Shown here one piece after another: positions 47,067-57,255 of a stretch of 64,000 nt of DNA; positions within the stretch are counted from its first letter, which is position 1, and each line of letters starts with the position of its first letter. Source of the DNA: Bradymonadia bacterium. Lineage in GTDB: Bacteria > Myxococcota_A > Bradymonadia > UBA7976 > UBA1532. The stretch spans positions 25,159 through 89,158 of the forward strand of contig JBMHDS010000078.1 of assembly GCA_049889275.1 (NCBI GenBank), written 5' to 3'. Under the pieces are notes generated by a model that searched no databases, had not been told where the DNA came from, and saw only the letters and a list, made by a program, of their open reading frames with translations. The translations under genes and the position numbers were made by a program.

Positions 47067-47786
47067 ATGAGTGACAAAGAATCGGTCGTTTATGGACTAC
47101 GCGCGGTCACAGCGCTGGCACAGCACCGACCCGGAGATCTCCGCCGCGTTCTCTTTAGTAAGTCGCTGAGAAACCATATCGGTCCAATCCTCAAGACCAC
47201 AGCAAAACAGCGTAAGCCGTACCGCGAGGTCGACAAAAACGACCTTGACCGCGTCTCAGGCACACCTCATCACGAGGGGATCGTCGCCATCGCAAAGCCG
47301 CTGGCAACAAAACCCTTCGGCACCATGAAAGAAACGCTCATGTCGAGTCGCTGCATCGTCGCTGCGGACGCGATTACCAACCCCCACAATACAGGAGCGA
47401 TCATCAGGAGTATGGCTTGGTTTGGTGCTGCGGCGTTGCTGACTGAGTCGCAGAGAATGACGGTCAACCCGGCTGCCTTAAGAGTGGCCCAAGGTGGTGC
47501 CGAACATGTGCCAGTCGTGCGCTGCAGTAACCTCGCTCGGGCATTATCCGAACTCGCCGAGGGTGGAATGGTCACTGTGGCAGCCGACCAAAATGCGAAG
47601 GGGAAGCTCACTCAGCTCCGGGAGTTCGAACGCGTTTGTATCGTTCTTGGAAATGAAAATCAGGGTCTGTCGGGCGCGGTCAAGAACGCCTGTAAAAAAC
47701 AGGTCAAGATTCCCGGAGCGGGACAGGTCGAATCTCTCAATGTGTCCGTGGCCGCAGGGATTATGCTCTCAACTATCTTTGTCTAG
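47067..47786 (+). CDS. SpoU/TrmH-family RNA 2'-O-methyltransferase (RlmB-like)
   Basis: N-terminal substrate-binding-like VYGLRAVTALA, then GNENQGLS and ESLNVSVAAGIML. ATG 47067 has an AGAGGA SD. The track start, 47046, is the alternative. Confidence 0.75.
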   Translation: MSDKESVVYGLRAVTALAQHRPGDLRRVLFSKSLRNHIGPILKTTAKQRKPYREVDKNDLDRVSGTPHHEGIVAIAKPLATKPFGTMKETLMSSRCIVAADAITNPHNTGAIIRSMAWFGAAALLTESQRMTVNPAALRVAQGGAEHVPVVRCSNLARALSELAEGGMVTVAADQNAKGKLTQLREFERVCIVLGNENQGLSGAVKNACKKQVKIPGAGQVESLNVSVAAGIMLSTIFV

Positions 47787-49002
47787 GCGGCTCAATGCCA
47801 ACGGCGAGATAAAAGCTCGTCCTCGGTTTGTAGGTACTGTGGAGATCATCGATAAACCAATCTCGACTGACGACACCGGATACATGAAACCACTCATTTA
47901 ATCGATAGCCCGCCGACAGCGCCGCGTATACGTTGTCCATATCGAACAGACCGGCAAGTTCATCGAAGCGCCGCACCTTCCAAAAAGCACCCAGGGTTAC
48001 GCGCTCTAGGGGCACCTGGACCCAAGCATCAAAGTCAGCGCGTTCACTCTGCTCAACATCGCCGTAACCTAAACCGATGATCAAGGCATCATCGAGGGTA
48101 AATTGAAGTACGCCCTGCCCGCCCCATACCGCCTCCGCCCGCGCGAGCTCTGCATTCACATTCCGCCATCGGTCAACGAGGTAACTGGTATCAAACAGAC
48201 TCCACGTGTAATCCCGGCCGCTTCGCATCGCCATCACATCAAACTCAATCTGCCAATCGCTCCGAGCTCGATAGCGCATGCCAAACCCCGAATGTATCCC
48301 CCAACCCTGGACTTCAATGGTGTTCACATCCGCAAGGAGGCTCAGTGCGAAAGCGCCACCATCGTCGATTAAGTTCAGACGAGTCGATGCGCTGAGTGCC
48401 CATCGGTGGGTTTGCTGATGCTCCAGCCAACCATCACGAGCGGTCGCTGAACCAATCTTGATAGGTGCACCGTGGTCACCTGTGTAGAAGACATCGAGCG
48501 AGCCCCAACCCGACCACCAACCGAGACCAGCCGCGAGAACCGGTCGCCCGAGAAGCTGATCGCTCATGAAGGTATATCGATTTGGTCTGAGCGCATGCGA
48601 GCGCATCTGGGACATATCGATGGTGAGCCCAAGCCGCCCGTGGTCGCGATCGATTCGGTTATGGTAACGATTCATTAGAGTCCCATTACCCATGGTGCGA
48701 TGCGCGATAGCGCCCGCCTCAAGCCAGCGTCCCCACTTGAGCTGATGCACGATCAAGCCGTAGTCACCCGGCTGGTCCCAGTCCTTTTCACGCAGCCCGC
48801 CGGTCCTTACATCGACGTTAAACCGAGGTCCGAGCACCAATTGAAGACCCGCACCCTCAAGTGCCACCCAAGGTCGAGAAGACTGATAGATACGCTCATT
48901 TAGATACTCACCACCCAATTCAATGCCAACGCCAGTCAATTGAGCGAGGAAGGCAGTCAGCAAGGTAAGCGAAGACAACAGAGCCAGATCCCTTTCCGAC
49001 AA
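47773..49002 (-). CDS. Hypothetical protein, possibly an outer-membrane beta-barrel
   Basis: N-terminal hydrophobic signal-like segment, with an aromatic/Gly-rich alternating pattern throughout. The 3' end overlaps the convergent methyltransferase gene by 14 nt. Confidence 0.4.
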   Translation of the reverse strand: MSERDLALLSSLTLLTAFLAQLTGVGIELGGEYLNERIYQSSRPWVALEGAGLQLVLGPRFNVDVRTGGLREKDWDQPGDYGLIVHQLKWGRWLEAGAIAHRTMGNGTLMNRYHNRIDRDHGRLGLTIDMSQMRSHALRPNRYTFMSDQLLGRPVLAAGLGWWSGWGSLDVFYTGDHGAPIKIGSATARDGWLEHQQTHRWALSASTRLNLIDDGGAFALSLLADVNTIEVQGWGIHSGFGMRYRARSDWQIEFDVMAMRSGRDYTWSLFDTSYLVDRWRNVNAELARAEAVWGGQGVLQFTLDDALIIGLGYGDVEQSERADFDAWVQVPLERVTLGAFWKVRRFDELAGLFDMDNVYAALSAGYRLNEWFHVSGVVSRDWFIDDLHSTYKPRTSFYLAVGIEPPRQR

Positions 49003-49119
49003 GACTCAAGCGCCGAGAAGATATGAATTCATCTGTCTTCAAGGCAAATAACCATGACGTGATGCAACGTACAGGGTATCCTCATCTATGTCGCCCTCTC
49101 GTTTCAATTGGTTTAGCGC

Positions 49120-50253
49120 GTGTCCCTTGTTCTCTTCATCGTTGGCTTTAACGTACTCATCCTTGTTCACGAGCTGGGCCACTACGCGGTAGCCCGCCTC
49201 TTTGGGATGAACGCGACCCGGTTCTCCATTGGATTTGGGCCCGCGTTGATTCGGATACGGGGCCGGCACACCACCTTTCAGTTCGCCCTCATTCCATTTG
49301 GTGGATACGTACAAATCGAAGGCTTGACAAGAGATCGCTCAACGCCATCGAAAGGCTTCGTGCGTGACTCGAGCACAATGGCTATGCACACATTTCCACC
49401 GTGGCAGCGCGGCATGGTTATGCTTGCGGGGCCGCTGGCTAATTTCGCCTTGGCAATCGTCACTTACAGCCTTTTGTTCGGTTCCTCGCAAGCAGTGACC
49501 TATGACTGGCGTCATGAAGGCACGAACGTCATACGGGCTGTGACGGGCGTCGCGGCTGCAGCGGGGATGAAGCCGTACGACGCGATCGAATCCATCAATG
49601 GACGCACCGTTCGGACGTTTGCACAAATGAAACGCATTGTTGGCGAGACCGCTGGCAATACTCTGAGGGTTACAATTCGGCGGTCTCCCGACGGCTCACC
49701 GCCCCCGATGAAACGGGCAGTGGATGAGAAAACGGGCCTCACGATTCTCTACCCAGATATCCCGAGCCATTGGCCAACTCATGTGTTGGAGATGCAGGCC
49801 GAGAAGACACCTCGGGGATATGTGATCGGTGTCTCTCCCGATGTGATGCGCTTCGGATCAGAATCTTGGGTTGGCGCCCTCAAGCTGGGTCTCGTAGAAA
49901 CGTGGGCGATCGTCAGAGGTATGGTGCGTATCGTTGGTAAATGGTTTGAAGGGACCGAGCCTGTTCAGCTTGCCAGCGTCGTCAAGATGGCAGACACCGG
50001 CGCCGATACCCTAAAGATGGGCCTTGAATGGTTTATCAGCTTTATGGCGATCTTGAGCATCAATCTCGGTGTCATTAACCTATTTCCGCTTCCGGCTCTC
50101 GATGGAGGCCGACTTTTATTTGTGATCATTGAGGGGGTCTCTCGACGAGCCGTTCCACCAAGAATCGAGAGCATCATCCATGGCGTTGGCATGTTGTTTC
50201 TGATGTTCTTGATGGTTGTTATTGTCGTCAAAGAGATCATTGAGAAATTTTAG
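49120..50253 (+). CDS. rseP: RIP metalloprotease RseP (site-2 protease, M50)
   Basis: ILVHELGHYAVARLFGM (HExxH), a central PDZ-like segment and NLFPLPALDGGRLLF. Confidence 0.85.
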   Translation: MSLVLFIVGFNVLILVHELGHYAVARLFGMNATRFSIGFGPALIRIRGRHTTFQFALIPFGGYVQIEGLTRDRSTPSKGFVRDSSTMAMHTFPPWQRGMVMLAGPLANFALAIVTYSLLFGSSQAVTYDWRHEGTNVIRAVTGVAAAAGMKPYDAIESINGRTVRTFAQMKRIVGETAGNTLRVTIRRSPDGSPPPMKRAVDEKTGLTILYPDIPSHWPTHVLEMQAEKTPRGYVIGVSPDVMRFGSESWVGALKLGLVETWAIVRGMVRIVGKWFEGTEPVQLASVVKMADTGADTLKMGLEWFISFMAILSINLGVINLFPLPALDGGRLLFVIIEGVSRRAVPPRIESIIHGVGMLFLMFLMVVIVVKEIIEKF

Positions 50254-50306
50254 GCCAACCGATTACAGTTGGAAACAGGCGGTATGGCCTGGTTGGAGTA
50301 GAGCTG

Positions 50307-50942
50307 ATGTGTACGATGCGCGTTCTTTTGAGTTTTCTGGTCCTTGGACTACTCCCGAACTCGGTCTGGGCGGAAGAAAAAGAAGCCGACTCAGCGCAGC
50401 CGGCGTCTGCGCCCACCAGCGCGCCAGCGACGCAACCGAACCAATCCAATTCGGTTCAAAAAACTCAAGATGATGGGGCGGCGAAGCTAACGGAGATAGA
50501 AAATGCGCTTGCCGACGACAACTCCTTTGAATCGGTGCATCTAACCGAGGATGAATGGCGGGCGCGTTTAACGCCGAAGCAATTCTACATCCTGCGAGAA
50601 AAGGGTACGGAGCGGGCGAATAGTGGTGCGCTACTACACAATAAAAAGCACGGCACTTACCGATGTGCTGGTTGTAATGCCCCCCTATTTTCATCAAAAA
50701 CCAAGTTCAACTCAGGCACAGGGTGGCCGAGTTTTTATAGAAGTCTACGGAAACGGGTAAAGCGGGTCATCGACCGCAGTCACCGCATGGTGAGGACCGA
50801 GATCGTCTGTGCACGTTGCCGCGGCCACTTAGGTCATGTATTCCGAGACGGACCAAAACCGACAGGCCTGCGACATTGTGTCAACTCCCTCGCTCTGACG
50901 TTTGAAGAGACGCCACAAAAGACAGACAACAGCGCTCAGTAA
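50307..50942 (+). CDS. msrB: Peptide-methionine (R)-S-oxide reductase with signal peptide and ~60-aa N-terminal linker
   Basis: YRCAGCNAPLFSSKTKFNSGTGWPSF, CARCRGHLGHVFRDGP and RHCVNS. The N-terminal signal is LLSFLVLGLLPNSVWA. Confidence 0.85.
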   Translation: MCTMRVLLSFLVLGLLPNSVWAEEKEADSAQPASAPTSAPATQPNQSNSVQKTQDDGAAKLTEIENALADDNSFESVHLTEDEWRARLTPKQFYILREKGTERANSGALLHNKKHGTYRCAGCNAPLFSSKTKFNSGTGWPSFYRSLRKRVKRVIDRSHRMVRTEIVCARCRGHLGHVFRDGPKPTGLRHCVNSLALTFEETPQKTDNSAQ

Positions 50943-50959
50943 AGCGCACCGACGACGGG

Positions 50960-52543
50960 TCACGCCCCAGCAAAAATGAATTCTTTGACGCGTTCATCTT
51001 GAGATTGTTTAAGCTCGGCAGGTGTGCCCGAGATGACGACCTCACCCTGCTTAATCATGATCACTTGGTCTGCGATTCTAAAGGTCGAGCGCATATCGTG
51101 ACTGATCACGATACTGGTGATGTCAAAGTTCTGAGAGGCCTCGACGATCATGTCGTCAACACGCTTCATCATGATCGGATCTTGACCGGTTGTCGGTTCA
51201 TCATAGATCATGATCTCAGGTTCGGTGATCAGCGCACGCGCTAACGCCACACGCTTGCGTTGCCCATTACTGATCTCGCTGGGCATACGGTCGAGTAATC
51301 CCCCCACCGATAATCGTTCAACGACGGCCTGGACCCTGTCTTGAATCTCTGCTCGCTTGAGCTTTCGGGCCTCAACCAAAGGAAAGGCGACGTTTTCTCG
51401 CACAGACATAGAATCGAACAGAGCGGCGCCTTGGAATAACATGCCAATCTTTGACTGCAACAGCTGTTTGGAGCGGCCGTCAAGACTCGCAAGATCATTG
51501 CCAAACACCGACACCCGTCCAGAGTTCGGCTGAAATAGACCGATCATATGCTTGATGAGGACTGATTTACCCGACCCAGATCCGCCGATCACCACGGTGA
51601 TTTTTCGTTTGGGAACCCGACAGCTCACCCCTTTTAACACGTGATTGTCCCCAAAACTCTTTACAAGGTCTTCAACCTCGATCACGTACTCTTCTTCGTT
51701 TACTGGCGCGGATGATGATTCATCAGCACTGACCGCTTCGATCGCACGCGTCTCTGAGACATCTGCCATAAACTCACGAACGGCTGGGTGCGTGCTCGTG
51801 CGAATCTCTTCAAAACGACCCTCTTCTACAATCTTGCCATCCACGAGCATCGCCATTCGGTCAGCCAGACGACGATTAGAGGCCATGTCGTGGGAGATGA
51901 TGACGGAGGTGATGCCATACTCACGCTGCGTCCGCATGATCAACTGATCCACAAATTCGATCATCACCGGGTCGAGTCCCGTTGTGGGCTCGTCGAATAA
52001 GACGACCTCCGGGTTGGTGATCACAGCGCGCGCGAGCGCCACCCGTTTCTTCATGCCACCCGATAAGCTTGCGGGCATCAAGTCAATGGCATGGCTGAGC
52101 TCGAGCATCGCAAGCAACTCTTCGACAAGTTTGCGAATATCCTGCCTCGACATCCGTGTGTTCTCAGCCAAGGGGAACCCGATGTTCTCAGCGACCGTCA
52201 TAGAATCGATCAGGGCGTAGTTTTGAAACACCATCGTGCAGCGTTTGCGTAACTGAGTACGGGTCCTCTCATCGCTGGTCGCAAGGTCATGGCCGAAGAG
52301 CTTTACCTGACCCGAGTCGGGCAGAGTCAATCCGTTCATCATCCTCAGCAAGACACTTTTTCCGCTGCCCGACTGACCAGAAATCACCGTTGTTTTGCCG
52401 GTCTCGATAGACAGACTGAGATCATCGATAATGCGCTTGCCGTCAAAACTCTTGGTCACACCGATGAGTTCAATGATGGGCGCACTCGGGTCCCACCGCT
52501 TAGCATCGGGAAGGAGAAGGTTCTTGCGTTGGTGGCTCGTCAC
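50960..52543 (-). CDS. Tandem-duplicated ABC ATPase (two MlaF-like nucleotide-binding domains)
   Basis: Two full Walker A/signature/Walker B sets (GQSGSGKS..LSGGMKKR..VLFDEP and GGSGSGKS..ISNGQRKR..MIYDEP). The second half closely follows the MlaF pattern (LFQGAALFDSMSVRENVAFPL). Confidence 0.8.
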   Translation of the reverse strand: MTSHQRKNLLLPDAKRWDPSAPIIELIGVTKSFDGKRIIDDLSLSIETGKTTVISGQSGSGKSVLLRMMNGLTLPDSGQVKLFGHDLATSDERTRTQLRKRCTMVFQNYALIDSMTVAENIGFPLAENTRMSRQDIRKLVEELLAMLELSHAIDLMPASLSGGMKKRVALARAVITNPEVVLFDEPTTGLDPVMIEFVDQLIMRTQREYGITSVIISHDMASNRRLADRMAMLVDGKIVEEGRFEEIRTSTHPAVREFMADVSETRAIEAVSADESSSAPVNEEEYVIEVEDLVKSFGDNHVLKGVSCRVPKRKITVVIGGSGSGKSVLIKHMIGLFQPNSGRVSVFGNDLASLDGRSKQLLQSKIGMLFQGAALFDSMSVRENVAFPLVEARKLKRAEIQDRVQAVVERLSVGGLLDRMPSEISNGQRKRVALARALITEPEIMIYDEPTTGQDPIMMKRVDDMIVEASQNFDITSIVISHDMRSTFRIADQVIMIKQGEVVISGTPAELKQSQDERVKEFIFAGA

Positions 52544-52556
52544 AGCTGCGCAGTCC

Positions 52557-53825
52557 TTACAATCGATAGATCAGGGCCCGAAGAATCTCTAGCATTGCTT
52601 CGGTGGCTTGACCATGATTGTGAAAGCTTGTGTAAGCGACCCGACCACCACCTGGATAGGGTTCAAACAAAACCATCAGCGGCCGCTCATCGGAGCGCAC
52701 AAGTACCTCCACCGAGGGAGAGACAGCCTCGATTTGGACCCACCCACCAGCGTCAAAGGCAATGGGTAGCTCGTCTTCACCTAAGAACTGACGTAAGAAC
52801 GGTGATGTCACTTCACCGAGAACATTGCCTGACTCTCCAAAACCCGTTGGACCGGACGGTTCCCGGCAAACCAGCGGCAGGTCATTAGGTCGTTCACATG
52901 CATATTCAGGCGGGTCGGGTGGATCGATGAAGCATTCATCCGGGCAGTTATCAACGCAAACACAGCAATCAGCCTGCTCACGATCAGCTGGATTAGTCGT
53001 CGCAAACTCCACGGCATCAGGCCATAAACGCTGTACCCAATCCACCGCCAGGTCAGAGACATATAAGGAACCACCGAGGCGCACGAACTCTCGAATATTA
53101 TTTCTAATCAGCTCCATCTCCGGATTCGTCGCGCGAAAATTAATACCGCTCGCGCAATTAACAAATAGGATCGAATACTCCCGTAAGCGCTCTAAATCGC
53201 TTAACAGATTGAACGATTGACGATAACTCGTCCAGCTGCCGCAGAACGTCTCGAATTCAAAACCCAAGTCATCGATGACTGCCGCCATATCGTCATAATC
53301 ACCGCTCAATACACCCAGCTTTGCGTTGTCAGCCGGCAGGCAGACTTTGGCGCTGACATCATTGGACAGAGGCACTTCACGTCCAGCGACGATATCCACT
53401 GAGAAGCGACCGATAAAATTACCACTGGTGATGGTGATGTTCACTGGTCCTGGCGCCAGGTCGGTGAGGGTAAAATAACCGCGCAAATCCGCGACCGCTT
53501 CAACCACCTTGGGCTCGCCTCGACATGTTCTCGTCTCGGCTGAGATAAGCGCACCAGAGATAAAACGCCCGTTGGGCGAACAGACCGTCCCCGCTGTGCG
53601 CCCCGTTCGACAAGCCCCTGTCTCAGTGAGTGGAATCACATCGGGCAAATCCATGGTCGCATCATCATATCTTTCGACACCAAGACGCCCGGGCCCAGCA
53701 TCGCTGAAAAGTGCCTGGCCTCGCGCGGAATCAACGGATGAGCCCACCTGCGAGCTGGGACTACAAGCCAAAAAGATTGATAGGCTGGCTATCGCATAGC
53801 TAAGCCGTTTTGACGCCCGCGTCAC
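52557..53825 (-). CDS. Secreted lipoprotein: CarboxypepD_reg-like domain plus GATase1-like (ThuA/DUF4159-like) fold (tentative)
   Basis: GTG 53825 overlaps the add stop (GTGA). Lipobox SIFLACS. The regulatory-domain-like segment is GTVCSPNGRFISGALIS...GYFTLTDLAPGPVNITITSG. The later segments YSILFVNCASG...GGSLYVSD...GGRVAYTSFH are ThuA-like. Confidence 0.4.
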   Translation of the reverse strand: MTRASKRLSYAIASLSIFLACSPSSQVGSSVDSARGQALFSDAGPGRLGVERYDDATMDLPDVIPLTETGACRTGRTAGTVCSPNGRFISGALISAETRTCRGEPKVVEAVADLRGYFTLTDLAPGPVNITITSGNFIGRFSVDIVAGREVPLSNDVSAKVCLPADNAKLGVLSGDYDDMAAVIDDLGFEFETFCGSWTSYRQSFNLLSDLERLREYSILFVNCASGINFRATNPEMELIRNNIREFVRLGGSLYVSDLAVDWVQRLWPDAVEFATTNPADREQADCCVCVDNCPDECFIDPPDPPEYACERPNDLPLVCREPSGPTGFGESGNVLGEVTSPFLRQFLGEDELPIAFDAGGWVQIEAVSPSVEVLVRSDERPLMVLFEPYPGGGRVAYTSFHNHGQATEAMLEILRALIYRL

Positions 53826-55069
53826 GAGCTCGGTGGCTTACGGATTTCGGAGCCAAAAAAGCGTTCCTCAACCGATTCGTAGAAATCGATAACCTGTCGC
53901 ACGTAGGCACGCTTCTCGAGGTATGAGCTGGGCATGAAGCTCCGTTTGAAGCCGTAGATGATAATCGACTTTAGGTCATGCAGGTCTAACTTCAAATGTT
54001 TGACCGCGAGCATGATCTCGTTGGTGACAGTTGTGTTGCTCACCGTTCGATTGTCGGTGCAAATCGTCGTCGACAACCGCGCTTCTCTCAACCGTTTAAA
54101 CGTGTGGTCTGCGAGGGTTTTCATACTCGGGTTGGTTTGCAGATTACTGGTCAGGCACACCTCCAAAGTGATGCGTCGGTCGGCGATATACTGACTGAGC
54201 TTTTTGACGTAGTTTTCACGATCTTCGATCTCGGCATCAGTGATCATATCAGGCTCGAGGAGATATGTGCCGTGCCCGATTCGGTCTGCGTACAAGTCAG
54301 TGATCGCCTGAAAGATGCTTTCAGGTCCGTAGGCCTCGCCGGCATGAACTGTCTTCTTCAAAAAGTGCTTGTGAGCGTATTCAAAGGCCGCGGCGTGATC
54401 ATCAGCTGGGTAACCCGCTTCTTCTCCAGCGAGGTCAAAACCGACCACAGGCAGCCCGTATTCATCCCGTGCGATGACAGCCGCTCGAGCCAGCTCGAGT
54501 GACGCCATACCGTAAATTTCTTTTTCGGGTGCGTGACGGTGGGCGTTGATGAGCGACTTAAAATACTCGCTGAAATTTCGCCTGAACATGCGCATGGCAC
54601 AGACGATGATGCCATAACGGAATTGAGGCTCGCCTCGCTCGGTGATCGCTGCACTCTCATTGAATTCTCGCTGCGCACGCGCGAGCCCGCGATTGACTGC
54701 TTTGATAACCATCAACGAATGTAGATGAGCATGAACATGCAATTGCGGTGCAAACCGGACCTCGAGATACCGTACGCCCTCTTCGATATTGTCCTGCGCG
54801 AGTTCATAAGCGACCCTTTCGAGCGCAAGCTCACTCTGCATGACGGCGACCGTGTAGCCAAATCCGGACAAATATTCTCCCAGATTCTCGTAGCGATCCT
54901 TAAACACCGTCTCTCGAAGACCTTCTTCCGTGTAGCTTGGCAGCTCGACATTATACTCTTTCGCCAACTCGATCAGGGTCGATGGCCGAATCGAACCATC
55001 GAGATGCACATGGAGATCTGTCTTCGGTAGGGCTTTTACGAATTCTTCGGTGATCGTTGGGTTTGACAT
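53822..55069 (-). CDS. add: Adenosine/adenine deaminase family protein
   Basis: LPKTDLHVHLDGSIRPSTLIELAKE (HxH), VGFDLAGEE, VHAGE and ICTDN metal/catalytic motifs. Confidence 0.8.
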   Translation of the reverse strand: MSNPTITEEFVKALPKTDLHVHLDGSIRPSTLIELAKEYNVELPSYTEEGLRETVFKDRYENLGEYLSGFGYTVAVMQSELALERVAYELAQDNIEEGVRYLEVRFAPQLHVHAHLHSLMVIKAVNRGLARAQREFNESAAITERGEPQFRYGIIVCAMRMFRRNFSEYFKSLINAHRHAPEKEIYGMASLELARAAVIARDEYGLPVVGFDLAGEEAGYPADDHAAAFEYAHKHFLKKTVHAGEAYGPESIFQAITDLYADRIGHGTYLLEPDMITDAEIEDRENYVKKLSQYIADRRITLEVCLTSNLQTNPSMKTLADHTFKRLREARLSTTICTDNRTVSNTTVTNEIMLAVKHLKLDLHDLKSIIIYGFKRSFMPSSYLEKRAYVRQVIDFYESVEERFFGSEIRKPPSS

Positions 55070-55609
55070 ATTTAGTCGTCTTTCGCACTTGAAAAGCTGT
55101 GTTGTTAAGCCAACGCATGTCGCGCCAACTTACAACCTGATGCGTACACATTATCCGAAGTTGCCTGTCGGACGACAGAACAAATGGCAGGCGAGGCGAA
55201 ATGGGCTGTTGTATGCTCGACACCGGGGTAGTGGAGCGATGGCGAGACGCGAGTTAGGCGTCTCTCTTGGGCATGATTTCGAGGACGAGTTTACACATAA
55301 GTGCGGTCGCCAGCGTGCTGGTTGCGGCGATTAAACTGAGTGTCATCATGATCGACATTTAGGGCCCCACTTATGTCACGAAAACCGTTGAGGGGGCGGA
55401 ACCTACAGACATCCATCCGGTTTGTCAATGGACGTTAACGTCAAAGCGACTCTTCTCAACTGCAAGGCCGCCAAAAGACCCCCTTAAAGAACCGGATCTG
55501 CCTAAAAAAACGCTAAATCTTATCATCGCCATGGGTGTTGTTTGCATCTGAGACCCATTTCCGCTTAAGTGCGCGTGTTTGGAATCCTGTACAGATGGAG
55601 TTTTCAGCT

Positions 55610-56497
55610 ATGTTCGAAGGGATTTTTACGGCCCTCATCACACCATTCAAGGATGGGCAAATTGACGGTGCCGCACTCGATGCACTCATCGACCGCCAAC
55701 TTGATGCCGGAGTCGACGGCCTGGTTCCCTGCGGTACGACGGGTGAGTCCGCTACTCTGAGTGTCGACGAAAGCCTCGAGGTCATTGCGAGAACGGTAGG
55801 GCGTGTTGCTGGCAGATGTAAAGTGGTCGCTGGTGTCGGTTCAAATGACACGCAAAAGACCATGGGACTTGCCAAGTCAGCTGCCGGCCTGGGCGTTGAC
55901 GGCCTTTTAGTGATTACGCCTTACTACAACAAGCCTACCCAGGCAGGCCTTATCGCGCATTTTGAAGCTGTCTCGGACAGCGTGCCGGATACGCCCATCA
56001 TGCTCTACAACGTGCCCGGTCGTACAGGTGTGAGCCTCACTGTCGATGCAATCGCGCAACTTGCGAAGCGAGACAACATCGTCGCGCTTAAAGAAGCGAC
56101 CGCTGATATGGCGTTCGCGACTCGAATTATTGCAGCCTGTGGGGACTCTCTGGCACTACTCTCTGGAGATGACATCACGGCTCTGTCCATGTGGGCAATC
56201 GGTGGGCGTGGCGTTGTATCCGTCAGCAGCAACCTTGTGCCTGAACGTCTCGTAGAGCTTTGGCAGAGCTTCACATCTGGTCGGCTAGATGAGGCAAGAC
56301 GCATTCATCTTTCACTCGCCAGTTTGTTTGACGGACTGTTTATCGAATCGAATCCAGTACCAGTCAAAACCCTCGTGGCAGAACGAACAGGTCTGTGTAC
56401 GGGAGAGCTACGCCTCCCGCTCGTCGAGCTGCGGCCCGAGTCTCGAACAGTCCTCGCTGAGATCTGTGAGCGGCTTGAGATTGGACTTAAACGGTGA
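55610..56497 (+). CDS. dapA: 4-hydroxy-tetrahydrodipicolinate synthase
   Basis: GIFTALITPF...VDGLVPCGTTGESATLS, ITPYYNKP and ALKEA (Schiff-base Lys region). GGAG lies 9 nt upstream of ATG 55610. Confidence 0.9.
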   Translation: MFEGIFTALITPFKDGQIDGAALDALIDRQLDAGVDGLVPCGTTGESATLSVDESLEVIARTVGRVAGRCKVVAGVGSNDTQKTMGLAKSAAGLGVDGLLVITPYYNKPTQAGLIAHFEAVSDSVPDTPIMLYNVPGRTGVSLTVDAIAQLAKRDNIVALKEATADMAFATRIIAACGDSLALLSGDDITALSMWAIGGRGVVSVSSNLVPERLVELWQSFTSGRLDEARRIHLSLASLFDGLFIESNPVPVKTLVAERTGLCTGELRLPLVELRPESRTVLAEICERLEIGLKR

Positions 56498-57255
56498 CTC
56501 CTACCTGCAAGATCGGGATCTTTGGTTCATCGGGCCGAATGGGCCAACGGCTGCGCGCGCTCGCTGAGACAGATCCCGGTCTGGAGTTGGTGTGTCAAAT
56601 CGACACAAACACCATCGTGGGTGAACCGAGCGATTGTGATGTGATGATCGATTTCAGCGTAGCTGACGCGACGGACCAACTCCTGGCGATTCTAAAGACC
56701 ACGGATGCAGGACTGGTCACTGGCGTGACGGGGCGCACAGACCAGCAGCACACAGCAGTCGCTGAGCTCGCGTCTCAAAGAGCAGTATTCAGCGCGGCGA
56801 ACTTCAGCCTGGGAATCGCGGTGCTCAATCAGCTCGTCGCCATGGCCGCAGTGGCGCTCAAGGATGATTTTGACTGCGAGGTCTTCGAGATCCATCATCG
56901 AATGAAAGCGGATGCGCCGAGTGGAACGGCCCTGCAACTCGCCCAGACTGCAGCTCAAACGTCCGGAATCGATTGGCCAGGTGGTCGTCGGGTACGGGAA
57001 GGTAACACCAGTACCCGAGGCCTCGGTGAGGTGGGCACCGCTGCCATCCGTGGCGGCCGCGTCGCCGGTGAACACACCGTATATTTCCTCGGTGATTCCG
57101 AACGGTTAGAGCTCACACACCGAGCCACTGACCGCGATGTCTTTGTGGTTGGTGCTCTCAAAGCGGCAAAGTGGCTATCGAGACAAACACCCGGCCTCTA
57201 CTCAATGGTCAACATGCTACCAAGGCTAGATTTCGGAACGGATTCGACGTCCTGA
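56494..57255 (+). CDS. dapB: 4-hydroxy-tetrahydrodipicolinate reductase
   Basis: KIGIFGSSGRMGQ (NAD(P) fold) and EIHHRMKADAPSGTAL. It overlaps the dapA stop by 4 nt. Confidence 0.85.
   Translation: MTPTCKIGIFGSSGRMGQRLRALAETDPGLELVCQIDTNTIVGEPSDCDVMIDFSVADATDQLLAILKTTDAGLVTGVTGRTDQQHTAVAELASQRAVFSAANFSLGIAVLNQLVAMAAVALKDDFDCEVFEIHHRMKADAPSGTALQLAQTAAQTSGIDWPGGRRVREGNTSTRGLGEVGTAAIRGGRVAGEHTVYFLGDSERLELTHRATDRDVFVVGALKAAKWLSRQTPGLYSMVNMLPRLDFGTDSTS

Noticed and set aside
53822-55069. The adenosine deaminase, considered as a RADAR-type (RdrB-like) anti-phage component.
   Set aside because: At 415 aa it has canonical housekeeping ADA motifs. RdrB-type deaminases are much larger and pair with a large RdrA ATPase. 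The neighbouring ATPase is an ordinary double ABC NBD, and there are no mobile or defence-island hallmarks.
55340-55609. A lysine riboswitch (L-box) upstream of dapA.
   Set aside because: I could not find the conserved L-box core helices or sequence blocks by eye. Only an Infernal scan could settle this, so no claim is made.
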